The translations under genes were made by a program, and so were the position numbers. The notes under the pieces were generated by a model. That model saw only the letters and a program-made list of their open reading frames with translations. It made no database searches and was not told the DNA's origin. A stretch of DNA of 64,000 bases. It comes from Octopus sinensis (Eukaryota). Where the stretch lies: positions 46,934,001 through 46,998,000 of the forward strand of contig NC_043015.1 in assembly GCF_006345805.1 (NCBI RefSeq), given 5' to 3'. Within the stretch, counting starts at the first letter, position 1. Every line of letters begins with the position of its first letter. Positions 37,048 through 49,292 of this stretch are shown here, piece after piece.

Positions 37048-39865
37048 ATGTACGTTTTGTAAGCAAAACCCCAGAGTTCCAGGCTTGAACTGATTTAAAA
37101 AAAAACTTTTCATTCTACAAGGGTTTGCCAATAAAGGCATTCTTTTAGTTTGTGATTATAAACTGAAATACTGACACTATTCAGCAATGTCCAGGTAGAC
37201 ATGTTGAATACCCTGCTTTTTTCATCCCCTCCCAAAAACTTCGAATTCTGTTTTCAACAAGAGATTACGTTTTTTTATTGGGTGGGGGTGATTTTTAAAA
37301 CTTATTTACCCACCCCACTTTTTGCTTTTTTTCAAAGTATTTTTATTCCGAAATATCAATACCGATTGCTTCGGATAGTTTCCCACTTTTCGATGAGTGG
37401 GTCACAAACCAAAAGTATGTCATTCGACTCTACTGTCATTATTCCATCGAGCCAACTTCATAATTTTCTACATGGCAGACCGTTACATAAACATATATAC
37501 AAACAAACAAAAACAAAAGAAACATGCCTTCTCTCTCTCTCTCTCTGTCCCTCACACGCACATGAACATGTATGCAATAGGTGTACGTACGTATGTTTCT
37601 GTGTGTGTGTGTGTCACTGAAGCTAGCCATTCACACATACATACATACATACACACAACAAACAAACACACACATACATACATACATACATACACACATA
37701 CATACATACATACATACATACATACATACACACATACATAACAGCCCCCCTATCTCTCTCTCTCTCAATCACATACACACACACACATCAGCAAAATACC
37801 TTCACATCCACAAACCCCCATCAACACACATACATCTATTGCTCTTTCTCTGTCTCTTCACACACACTAACAATACAACTTCACATACACACCACATTTT
37901 CAGTGTCCCACACCCCATCAACACAGACACATCATTCCTCTCTGTCTGTCTCTCTCCCTTTCTGTCCCTTTCGCTTTACACCGACTTCAAAAGGTGAGCC
38001 CCCTGTTCCAATTGCTCCCTCTCTGTGTCGGCCAAAATATATTTTGTCATTTGCTTAGGGGTTAGTAATCGTTGCTCCTAAAATGGTAGTTTTAATTTAC
38101 AAAATGTATGTTCTTATTAAATAAGAACCAGATCTGGTCGATATCTATACGACAGGTGGCAACAAAAATAATTAAAAATTGTATAACGAAGAATCACGAA
38201 GCTTTTACATCAGACACGAAGAGAATGAATTAGGGAGCTGGCTCTACTCACCTTTGACCACAGATTATCTAGGGACAAGACTAGGGTATTTAAGACCATG
38301 AATAGGGTGTATTATGAGAAAGAAGTTTGTGCTGATAAATTTGCGAACCAGGAAGAAGCGAAGTCAAAAGCGGTGGACATAAGATCCGTTGTATAAACAA
38401 TTTCATGCGGTAGGGGACTTCGAGGGGCAGCCGTCTCAAAAACTCTACTAGGGAATTTACGAGCAACAGGTGTTTCTGTACATTAGGAAACATTTGTTTG
38501 TGAGAAAGTGAATACTAGTAACCACCACCAGAAGAATGTTAAACTATAAAATCAGTAATGGATTTCGAAAGAAGCTTGGGCCATTGCTGGAATAAAAAAG
38601 ATTAAACTGCACTGTTGAACAGTCACTGTGACCATCAACAAATTTAGTACCACAAGGCCTAAGACTACCCTACTACCAGCAGTGGTTCTCAATAGTGGCC
38701 CACAAGGACCTTAGAGGTCCGTAAAATTTATGTGCAATAAATTACTTATACTTCTACAATACACAAAATATTTTAATATTTTTTATTCATTTTCTAATAA
38801 TATTTCATTTTAAAATTACAGTAAGATTTTTTTTTGCATATATACAGTGAATAATTATAGAGATCCCGTTGAATAAAATAGGGATCGAAGGGAATCCGTA
38901 AGGAAAAAATGGTTATTCACTAAATGATGGTTATAACATAGCGAAAGTAAATAAACTTTCGTCCAGGAAAATGAACACTTTAAATCTATACACCGATCGA
39001 TTTGTACAAACAATAACAAATACCATATACTCACTGATGTTATGATTGCGGAACACGAAACATAATCCTTGTTATTTAACAACTCTTTCTCAGAATTTAG
39101 ATAAGTTAGGCAATCTCAAAAAAATCTTCTTTTCTTTATGTAAGTTCATGTCAGCGATGTTTCTCACTTTTTGTAGTAAATGATTTAATTCTGGGTTTTA
39201 CATTATACAAAAGATTCTGCGAGAAACGACAGTCGTTTTAACGACTAGTTTCGTTTTTCCAGTACTTCTAGGAATGCTTTAGTGTGAGTCACAATGTTTC
39301 TGTTCTGAAATCCGGTTCCGATTTAGTTATTTATCTGTTAAGTGTAATAATTAATAACTTCTCCGTATAGACATGATAAAAGAGTAGTAGCAGTAGTAGG
39401 CGCTGAGAATAGGTTTATTTTTATGACAATGAGTAAAATATGTGTCTTGTAAATTTACCGGTGCTATTAATACTTAAAACGTGCACGTGTTCGTTTCTCA
39501 AAGCGAGGAAGAGAAGACAAAAATTAGCTGTAATTATTGTCAGTTTTATAAACCAACCAAAATATCGTAAAGATTTCTCAGCAAAAATAAGTTACGCAAT
39601 AGATAATATGTCTGTTGCATTCTCAGTACATATGAACAACCTAGATCGTCAATTGAACGATTTTCTTGTGTGATGAGATACTTTGCTTTTGTTTACTTTA
39701 AGTCAGAGGACGTCCTCGTTGTATTGTCATGTTTAACACATATTTCTCTGCGGCATTTGTTTAGCCCTGAATCAGATCTGTTTGAACAGACTTTCAATCA
39801 GTATCTATAATCTAATCTATTACATGACAATTCTATTTACACACACACCCTACCTACCCTACCTC

Positions 39866-40575
39866 GCATGGCTCAGTGGTTAGAGCGTTGAGCTCACAAT
39901 CATAAGGTAGTGAGTTCGATTCTCGGTCCGGGCTGTGTTGTGTTCTTGAGCAAGACACTTTATTTCGTGTTGCTCCAGTTCATTCAGAAGTGAGTTGGGA
40001 TCTTTTCAGTTTGAACGGCAGTTTTTTCTAGTGGTGTCATATGAAATTATCACCCATAATTATGACCCTAGTATCGATCTATTGCATTTCAATCTGGGTC
40101 AGGGGTGGGGGGAAGGGTATCTTTTTTTCTTCAGAAATGTAAATAAACCCAATCTGTTTCTTAAGCGAGGGACATATTCATACGGCACAGAATGGCTTTT
40201 TTTTTACCTCAATAGACATCATTGATTGGTTGAAATTGCAGAAATTGAAAAAAAAAAAAACAACAAATATCTTACAAACAATAGAATTTTCTCTAAAGCC
40301 AAGAGAAAAGATGTTTTATAAACACATTCTACCAGTATACTAAGTTTAAAAGTGTTTAGTTATGTGGAAATTATTTTAAAAAACTGCCGTTCAAACCGAA
40401 AAGATCCGTGAGTTGAAATGTCACTGGTACCAAGCTGTATTGGCCTTTGCCATTCGGTGGCGTGATGAGGGGTGGCTGGTATACTAGTCTTCCATAAACA
40501 ACCTTTCCCGGACTTGTGTCTCAGGGGAACTTTCCGAGTGCAATCTCATGGTTATTCAGGAATGATGGGGGTCTT
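39866..40575 (+). mobile_element. tRNA-derived SINE (OR1-like) interrupted by the MITE
   Basis: Head TGGCTCAGTGGTTAGAGCG...GAGTTCGATTC, CORE-like CTTGAGCAAGACAC; the 3' half resumes at 40408. The same tail occurs at 12610-12830 (minus) and 4895-5005. Confidence 0.75.
39998..40407 (+). mobile_element. MITE of the (TTAGGG)n family (telomeric tract mostly deleted in this copy)
   Basis: TIRs intact; TSD GTGAGTTG at 39990-39997 and 40408-40415. Confidence 0.9.
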
Positions 40576-40755
40576 TATAGGTATTTCTACAGAAGTGTGC
40601 CCCTCACTCCGATTTTGTCTGCCTCATAACTTCCAGAAAAATGGATACTTTATTCAAAGTATGTAGAGGGATTTCACAATTCTATAGTTAAGAGATGTGG
40701 AATTATGTACATTATTTACATTTGACGGATATTTGTCCTCATCTTGTTTGTTTTT

Positions 40756-40801
40756 AACTCAACGTTTCGGCTGATATACCCTCCAGCCTTCATCAGGTAT
40801 C
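40756..40801 (-). ncRNA. Minimal hammerhead, canonical core
   Basis: GAUAC CUGAUGA A GGCUG GAGGGUAUAU CAGCC GAAA CG UU GAGUU; stem I is partly mutated in this copy. Confidence 0.7.
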
Positions 40802-41323
40802 TTGGGGAAATTATAATAATATTAATAATAATAATAATAATAATAATTATTATTATTATAGGCGCAGGAGTGGCTGTGTGGTAAGTAGCTTGCTAACCAA
40901 CCACATGGTTCCGGGTTCAGTCCCACTGCGTGGCATCTTGGGCAAGTGTCTTCTGCTATAGCCCCGGGCTGACCAATGCCTTGTGAGTGGATTTGGTAGA
41001 TGGAAACTGAAAGAAGCCTGTCGTATATATGTATATATATATAAGTGTATGTGTTTGTGTGTCTGTGTTTGTTCCCCCTAGCATTACTTGACAACCGATG
41101 CTGGTGTGTTTACGTCCCCGTCACTTAGCGGTTCGGCAAAAGAGACCGATAGAATAAGTACTGGGCTAACAAAGAATAAGTCCCGGGGTCGATTTGCTCG
41201 ACTAAAGGCGGTGCTCCAGCATATCCGCAGTCAAATGAATGAAACAAGTAAAAGAGTAAGAGTAAAGAGTATAACATCGAAAAATACCTTAGGAATGAGA
41301 ACCCAGGTTCGAAATTTCCCCAA

Positions 41324-41368
41324 GACACCTGATGAAGGCTGGAGATATATCAGCCGAAATGTTGTGTT
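41324..41368 (+). ncRNA. Minimal hammerhead, canonical core
   Basis: GACAC CUGAUGA A GGCUG GAGAUAUAU CAGCC GAAA UG UU GUGUU; stem I intact, CG>TG change in stem III. Confidence 0.7.
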
Positions 41369-42889
41369 AACAACAAACAAGATGAGGACAAATATCTGTC
41401 AAATGTAAATAATGTAGAGAGATTTGTTGAGAAAAAATTTTTCGAGGATTAGGGAGAAGAGTTTCGGAAAATTCACACGCTCCGACATTTTCACAATCAT
41501 AACTTTCAGGAAAATGGGTATCTTTTAATGAAATTTTACACAAGTACTTTTCAAACGGCATAGATTACAAAGAAATTTGTTGGGAAAATTTCTTGCAAGG
41601 GGGTGGCAAGAAGAATTTCGGATCAGGTGGCCCGCATAAGTTGGAATTTCTCCGTTTTGACGGGGATTTTTCCAATTTTGTTTTTTCTTTCATAACAGCC
41701 TTCAAAATGATAGAAAGCATATATTTATGAAAAAAAAAAAAAAAAAATTTTGAAAATTCATGATTTTTTTCACTCCACCACCCCACTCCAGACCGATTTT
41801 GGCCAGTTATTTTTTGCACTCCACTCTATGAGAGAAGCCTTTTCAGTTAAAAAAAAAGTTGATATTTTCAGGGGAAAAAGTGTGTGATTTAAGTGAGATT
41901 TGACTGTTGTTTCTAGCACATCCAAAGACCACCCTCGTTTCTTTCTCACTCTCACATCTATTGATGTTTTTCAATATTTTTCACCCCATAAACACATTTT
42001 ATGGAATGATGAGTTGGAAGTAACACATGCATGGTCGATTACTGGATATAAGCAAAAAAAAAAAATGGTAATTTAAATTTTTACCCCCCATCCCAACCAA
42101 GTGAGGTTGTGTTTAAGAAAAAACATTTCCTCACAGAAAATTATGCTATCAAAATAAATACTCTTTTACATACCTCTATTTTAAAGTCACTCTGGATAAA
42201 TCCTAGGAAGGACCATCTCAGGCTGTTCAATATTTTAAAATTATAAATGAAAACATGTGAGCAGGGAGTGGGGTTAAAAAAAATGCATAAAAAAAAAGGA
42301 TCAAAATTGGTCTGAAGTTGAGGGGAGGGGGCATGGGAATTTTTTTTAAATCATAAATTTTCAAAACTTCTCTTTTTTTTTCATAAAAAGATACCTCCCA
42401 TCAGGTTGTGGAGGAAAACAAATTGGAACCTCCCCATCCCGTCAAAACAGCAATTCTAACTTACGTGGGCCGCCTGATCCAAAACTCTTCTCTCCACACC
42501 CTAACATAAAATTTTCCCAACATATTTCTTTGTAATCATAATCTATGCCGTTTGAAAGGTATTTGTATAAAGCTTCATTAAAAGATACCCATTTTCCTGA
42601 AAGTTATGAGGGGAAAAATTTTGAGTAATGCAAATTTTCTGGAACTCTTCTCTCTAACCACTCAGTAAAATTTTTTCGGCAAATCCCAACACACTCTGAA
42701 TCTACAACATCTTGGTGGTATTTGTTGAAAATTTTGTTAAAAAGTATCCATTTTTCTGGAAGTTACGAGGCAACAAAATCGGGGGTTGGGGGTACACACC
42801 TGTAGGAATGCCTATATATATATATACAGGGTGCATAAGATATTTCAGGACAGATTTATGTTTATTAAAAAACCAAAAAAAAACCCATA

Positions 42890-43689
42890 TCTTTATATAT
42901 AAAAGTGAAGTTGTGTGTGTCTGTCTCCTACGATTTAGATTCCTAACTACTCCCACATTTTTCGGTGCAGTTTAACCAAAACCGGGTATCTTATAGTCGT
43001 GATTCATATTGAGCCCTTCTGGGTATTAGCGCACGTCTACGATGAGTCTACAATTTTAAAAATAATTTACCATCATTTTTTTCCATTTTAAAGCATCTTT
43101 TTCGCTATTATATAAGGGAAGTAACTCTCTAAAAATGTCTACGATGAGTCAACGATTTAAAAAAAATTTACCATCATTTTTTTCCATTTTTAATGCATTT
43201 TTTTGCTATTTTTTGGCTATAACTCTCTAAAAATGCTTATATAGTTATTTCCCTTACAAACCCAAGCAACGCCGGGCGATACTGCTAGTAATCTATATAT
43301 ATAAAAGTGAAGTTGTGTGGTGTCTGTCCCCTACGATTTAGATTCCTAACTACTCCCACATTTTGCGGTGCAGTGTAACCAAAAGCGGGTATCTTATAGT
43401 CGTGATTCATATCAAGCCCTTCTGGGTATTAGCGCGTGTCTACGATGAGTCTACTATTTAAAAAAAAAATTACCATCATTTTTTCCCATTTTTAATGCAT
43501 TTTTTTGCTATTATATAAGGGAAGTAACTCTCTAAAAATGTATTATTAAATCTCAGAACGTAAAAAGCTACAGTAACACCCCCCTTTGTGGTTAGCCATA
43601 TTGAGATAGCTATTATACTTTACATCTCTAAAAATGCTTATATAGTTATTTCCCTTACAAACCCAAGCAACGCCGGGCGATACTGCTAG
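42890..43689 (+). mobile_element. Two H1 Helitrons head-to-tail (42890-43288 and 43292-43689)
   Basis: Each has a TC start, a CCCAAGCAACGCCGGG hairpin and a CTAG end; 3-nt spacer TAA. Confidence 0.9.
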
Positions 43690-43694
43690 TAACA

Positions 43695-44735
43695 GATAAT
43701 AATTTCATTTATCAAAAAATGCTATGAGGATAAAACAAGCCTTCTTTTCTATAATGTTATTCAATAAAGCCACCTTCAACAACAACTCTTCTATATGAGA
43801 TCTAAATCATCTACATGCTCAAATCAAGTGGTCCTGGTTCATTTTGGACATTACTCTGACTATGGCTGCTTTCAAAGAATCTTTGGTGTTATAAGCGTGT
43901 TTATTGACTTCTCTCTCAACAACACTCCACATGTAATAGTCCAATGGATTGAAATCTGGGGAATTAGGAGGCCAAATGTTAGGGGCTAGATGATCATGAA
44001 CATTTTCAGCCATCCATTCTTGTGTTACTAGAGCCATGTGTGATAGTGCAGAGTCTAACTGAAACACATATGGCCTTCCATTGCGTACACTGTCTATCCA
44101 GGGCTTAACAATTATTTCCAGGACCCCAATGTAGGTGGCAGAGTTAACTCTAAGGCCTTGTGGAAAGAAGTAAGGTGACAACCCCTAAAAGCATGACAGT
44201 TGCAGGAAATTATGTATGTATAACACTTGGAACTTCAGAAGGGTCTGCACATAACCACCTGTCATTTGTTCTGTTAACTTTTTGAACTTGGTTGAAGTTT
44301 TCTCGCTTGCTGGATTTTTCAGTTTGTTTAAGAGCTTTTTAGGTCTGATGTAGTGATTTTCTTTTGCTTTTTCCGACATAAACTGAACTTTCCCCATCAT
44401 ATATAATATATCTGATGTCTTCGTGGACAACATTTTTGACTGTTCCTTCTGAAACATGGAGATCTTTATCAATTGACCTCATGGACTTTCTGGGATTGTA
44501 ATCAATGGTCTTTTGAACTTGCTGGATAAATTCAGGTGTTCTGATGATTTCAGAGTATTTAGGATGCTTTTTATGCTTTGATACTGGTGATATGTTTCCA
44601 TCTTTAGTCTCTAACTCCTTACAAACTTTGTTGGCAAAAGATCTGGCAACTTCTAAAAATCAAGATATTTCTAAATTGTTATGCTCAGCCTTTATAACCA
44701 CAGTAACAGCATATCTCTTCATTTCTTGAGTAAGC
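43695..44735 (-). pseudogene. maT/DD37D transposase relic
   Basis: FQLD...WPPNSPDFNPLDY has 37 residues between the two D. The N-terminal HTH region (LTQEMKRYAV...NPRKSMRSI.KDLHVSEGTV) is present with stops, frameshifts and a deletion. Confidence 0.9.
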
Positions 44736-44945
44736 TGAGCACATTCTGACTGGAGCAATGTGAAATGAAGTGTTTTGCTCAAATATAATATGTGACAATT
44801 ATTCGGTAAAATTGATAAACCTCCAAGTTTTATCATGGCTACTGAATAATTGTCACATATATTTACAGATAAATTCCTTTATCTACATAATATTGAGGTC
44901 TCTTTCATCTTTTGTTGTTTTGCCATTTCTATCAATATATATATA

Positions 44946-45720
44946 TGTCTGTGTTTGGATTGTCCTTGCACAGAGGCCATCTGGATTCCCGTTTGCACCG
45001 TGAACAGAGATTAATCTTCTCTCTTCGCTCTTTTACGCCATTTGGTCTCAACTCTCCCCCCCTTTTCATCTAACCTCTCCACCGAATCCTACTTCTCTTC
45101 AGTCCTTCCTCTTTTCACCCCTACTCTCTTTCCCTCCTTTCCCTTCTTCCCCCTCTCTCTTTCTCTCTGCTCCCTCACTCCCCTTCTCTTCCCCTCCTGC
45201 TCCTCTCCCCTTCCCCTTCCTTCTCCTCCTCTCCTTCATTCTCCTCTCCCCACTCATCTCCTCTACCCCCCACACCACACTACACCATACGACATTACAC
45301 ATCACATCATACATACACACGTCTCGACCACCAGCCCTCTTCCACATGCACATACATACTCTCTTATGCACACACGCACCTTCAGGTTGGAGCGAGGTCA
45401 CTTGACCTGTTATCTCCCTTACTATTCCTCTAGCGTCTAACGTCTGACCTCTAACGTTTGACCTCCAATCTCTGACTTCTCCTGAAATCAGAACGCCATG
45501 TTGGATCGTTAGCCCCTACACGCAATTTTTTTCTCTCCTTGTTTCTTTTCTGTGTATCTTTCTGTCGAAGAGCGTAGGCTCGAAACGTAAAAGACTTGTT
45601 TTATTTCTATTCCTGAGCGCCATACTAAAACATTGTTTGTTTGTACTCCACCTGCCTTCGTCTTTTATTTATTTTCGTAAACCTGCCTTCGTCTTTTGTT
45701 TATTTTTGTAAACCTTCCTG
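44946..45720 (+). mobile_element. Penelope-like element 3' end: GIY-YIG C-terminus, 3'UTR and terminal repeat with hammerhead
   Basis: 44948-45073 reads SVFGLSLHRGHLDSRLHREQRLIFSLRSFTPFGLNSPPLFI*, matching the RE..LI..L....P.GLN end of PLE endonucleases. It is followed by the same repeat family as 20301, 32850 and 50790. Confidence 0.8.
45557..45594 (+). ncRNA. Minimal hammerhead-like motif, A6U core
   Basis: UCUUU CUGUCGA A GAGC GUAG GCUC GAAA CG UA AAAGA. Confidence 0.7.
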
Positions 45721-45753
45721 TTATATATATATATATGCCTGTTTGTGTGTATG

Positions 45754-45794
<41 letters not shown>

Positions 45795-46170
45795 GTCAGG
45801 TCACTTTTGAGTGCTACTGGTAACATGTAACCCAGTACAACCTGTTGCATGGTCGGGTTGACGGCGATTAAACCGGCAACCCCACCAAGCTTGCTTGGTA
45901 AGGAGGGTGTTTATTGGACACCCCATGGGATGAAAAACAAAACCCATCAAAGAGTGGAGGAACTCTTGAGAGTCAACGGCCATCCAATAAATGTCTTAAG
46001 GCTGTATCATGCGCAGGGACATAGAAATAATCGGACTGAATACCCGATCGCACGGTTAAATCATTGGGATTGAAGGACTCTTAGCCTTTGTTAGGGCATC
46101 CTTCTAGGAGAAGGTAACTCAGGTAACTGGGATAACTCCGACATAAAACCTGTGGCTCAGTGGTTACTGA
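45795..46170 (+). mobile_element. Putative 5'UTR of an RTE-type LINE with four consecutive hairpins
   Basis: CTAGGAGAAGGTAACTC...AAAACC resembles RTE 5'UTR motifs (from recall); hairpins at 45855-45947 are directly visible. Confidence 0.35.
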
Positions 46171-46345
46171 TCATGTTGACTTGTACTTCTTTTCGGATTA
46201 TGGCTGCTGTTGCTTAGTGAGTGGGATTGACTCAGTGAACAGCCTTTCCTCACTTTAAAAAAAATCTTCTTGCACAGGCATTGCACGATAACAACATTGA
46301 TTAAGCTTCGTGCAATGGCCATACTCAATAATGAGAGGGCAGCCA

Positions 46346-46388
<43 letters not shown>

Positions 46389-46489
46389 CATACATATGTG
46401 TGTATGTGTGCGCGCGTGTGTGTGTGTGTGCATGCTTGAATTTGAGCTTAAGTGACTCTCAGTTATGTTCCAGATTATGGCTAACCACA

Positions 46490-47437
46490 TCGTCATCATC
46501 ATCATCATCGTTGTTTGACATCCACTTTGACATAGAGCTGCCTATCACAGAGCTATTCAGACTCCAGCTGTCTGACTTGGCATGGTTTCAATGGCTAGAT
46601 GCCCTTCCTAACACCAACCACTTTGCAGAATGTGTTGGGTGCTTTTCATGCGCCACAGGTACAGGTGCATTTCTGCAGCACCGGCATAGGTACTTTTTAA
46701 GTAGTGGCACTGGCACTTGAAAGGTTGATCCAATATGTGTGTGTAAGACAGCAATTTTAGTTAGCTTGACTTGTCTTATTAAGTACAGCAAATTGTCACA
46801 TCCCCCAGTCCCTTGTCATTTTGCCAGTGAGGGTTCAGTGTCCAAAGATCCTTCTTACCACATCATCCCACTTCTTTGATTTACTCCTTCCCGGCAGGAC
46901 AAGTGAGACCATAACCCGTGGCCTCTACCTGGCACGTAGCCAGCCACCTTTCCTTCTTGTGACACAAACCCTACTTGTGAAGACCTGTTGAGGCAAGTGA
47001 AAATCAAAATCGAAATCGTTCAACATCAATGGAAATTGTAGCTGTGATACCAGTGCTGGTGGCATGTAAGAGAACCATCCAATTGTGGCTGTTGCCAGCC
47101 TCGTCTGGCCTCTGTGCCGGTGGCACGTAAAATTCACCATCCGATTGTGGCCGTTGTCAGCTTCGTCTGGCCTCTGTGCCGGTGGCACGTAAAAAGCACC
47201 ATCCGATCGTGGCGGTTTGCCAGCCTCGTCTGGGACCCGTGCAGGTGGCACATAAAAAGCACCCACTACACTCTTGGAGTGGTTGGCATTAGGAAGGGCA
47301 TCCAGCTGTAGAAACACTGCCAGATGGGACTGGGCCTGGTGCAGCCTTCTGGCTTCCCAGACCCCAGTTGAACTGTCCAACCCATGCTAGCATGGAAAAC
47401 AAACGTTAAACGATGATGATGATGATGATGATGATGA
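46490..47437. mobile_element. Two 5'-truncated RTE ends head-to-head (46490-46880 minus with coding C-terminus; 46890-47437 plus UTR)
   Basis: The minus strand reads KKWDDVV..DLWTL..LT..MTRD and then enters the same UTR and (GAT)n tail. Confidence 0.7.
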
Positions 47438-47904
47438 TAGGTGCCTTCCACAATTAGAGCATCGCACTTCTTCATGCAGCTGTCCTTGTCCATATACATC
47501 GCATGACCATTAACATCTATAATTACCGAGTTGTCACTCATGCTGTAAATTCCTCTGATGGGTAATTATATATGTACAAAAATGCTGACAATTTTATTAA
47601 TGATAGAGGATGGCACATCAGCACAGTGGGAAGAACCACTGATAAATGTTAGCAATCAAGTTAATATATGTACATACACAGAATTGAAACATACGAAGGA
47701 TCAGATAAGATTGTAACATCTCGGTTGAAAACATTGCCCGCATTAATGTATGTGTATATATACACACAAACAGCAACACACATATATGTGCATATACATG
47801 CACACACACACATACATATATGCACACAAACATACATACATATATACATATGGAGGTCTTTCAGTTTCCACTCACAAGGCTTTGGTTGGCCCTATAGTAT
47901 GATG

Positions 47905-47911
47905 GGTGAGT

Positions 47912-47992
<81 letters not shown>

Positions 47993-48064
47993 GTATATAT
48001 ATATATATATATATATGTATGCATATATATATATATATTATATATATATGTATATATATATATA

Positions 48065-48100
<36 letters not shown>

Positions 48101-48119
48101 ATGTATATATATATATATA

Positions 48120-48208
<89 letters not shown>

Positions 48209-48242
48209 ATATATATATATATATACATACATATATATATAT

Positions 48243-48288
<46 letters not shown>

Positions 48289-48300
48289 ATATATATATAC

Positions 48301-48355
<55 letters not shown>

Positions 48356-48356
48356 C

Positions 48357-48410
<54 letters not shown>

Positions 48411-48422
48411 GTATATATATAT
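47905..48422. repeat. Long degenerate (TA)n microsatellite inside a SINE family C relic
   Basis: Directly visible. Other long (TA)n tracts at 20645-20850 (mixed with CA), 55650-55823, 60723-60909 and 61173-61340. Confidence 0.95.
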
Positions 48423-48855
48423 AGGCGTAGGAGTGACCGTGTGGTAAGTAGCTTGCTTACCAACAGCATACTAGAGCAACACCTTGGAGGGTTTATTCAA
48501 ACAAATCAACCCCACCATACTTTTTAAGTGTGATGCTTATTCTATTGGTCTCTTTTGCTGAACTGCTAAGTTAAGCAAACATAAACAAATCAACACTGGT
48601 TGTTGGACAAAAACACACACATATAAACTCACATGCAAACACACACACACCTGAGTTAAATGGTGCCTGGTAAATTTCACCGTGATAAATTCCCCCATAG
48701 GTAAATTCCACCATGGTGAATTTCACCGTAGGTGAAATTATCATTATTATTATTATTATCAAATCATTATTTAGAAGGGTTCCACAATGCTTTGCACTCA
48801 TCACTAACATCCACATATCCAAATTTGTGGAAACTATGCAAAATCTCTCGTGGAA

Positions 48856-49062
48856 GCTGAAACCAGCTCTGGCTCTGTAGTACAAATGTCTTGTTTTCAT
48901 AAGTTTTGAACTAAAATCTTCCACCAAACCTTAGTCACAATTTATGTTCCTAACACTAGCTTAATGATAACTAAGTTATTTTACTAAATTTTTTTGTTAT
49001 ATTTAAAGTAACTGAAAGAAACACAGATCATCTCAACAAAAATATGGGAACAAAAGGGTTAA
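48856..49062 (-). mobile_element. piggyBac-like MITE fragment
   Basis: Ends in AACAAAAGGG|TTAA; the matching TTAA|CCCTTTTGTTACCATATTTCTGTTGA start is seen at ~21217. Confidence 0.5.
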
Positions 49063-49292
49063 AGAGCAATAAGAAAAAAGGAGAAAAAGAACAACAAGCA
49101 TATTTTATGTTTTTTTTTTTCATATGTAGAACAAATAAAATTATTTTTATATTACAAGATTATTGATTTTTATAAAAAGGATGCAAACAGTTCATTAGTC
49201 TGTAGTTAAGACTGTTTGTACCCTAATCAATACAAAAAAAAAAAAAATCGAGACAACTGTCCTGTAAAGTCAGACATTTTTTTTTGTGCCCT

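Larger units (their letters stand above)
40675..41411 (-). mobile_element. PLE-type insertion: two divergent terminal-repeat copies with canonical hammerheads, with a SINE family C copy (40861-41270) between them
   Basis: Hammerheads at 40756-40801 (minus) and 41324-41368 (plus); flanking direct repeat ATGTAGAG(G/A)GATTT at 40661-40674 and 41412-41425. Confidence 0.75.
40580..42812. mobile_element. Long-TIR (foldback-type) non-autonomous DNA element, left TIR interrupted
   Basis: 40580-40660 plus 41416-41660 is the reverse complement of ~42430-42812 (e.g. CATAACTTCCAGAAAAATGGATACTTT vs AAAGTATCCATTTTTCTGGAAGTTACG). Flanks are TATA|GG...CC|TATA. Confidence 0.7.

Noticed and set aside
36494-37140. 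ORFs with LSIY, YI or CV repeats (also 20565-21136 and 47872-48527)
   Set aside because: Microsatellite translations.
38683-38925. hAT/Charlie-like MITE starting CAGTGGTTCTCAA
   Set aside because: The right TIR is too degenerate and no TSD was found.
39210-39260. Hairpin GAAAC..AGTCGTT-TT-AACGACT..GTTTC in a CpG-retaining region (38000-39800)
   Set aside because: Too short to distinguish from chance, and no element boundaries or ORF could be defined.
39866-39935. tRNA genes
   Set aside because: A- and B-box-like heads continue into SINE bodies, with no complete cloverleaf; the same holds for all other copies.
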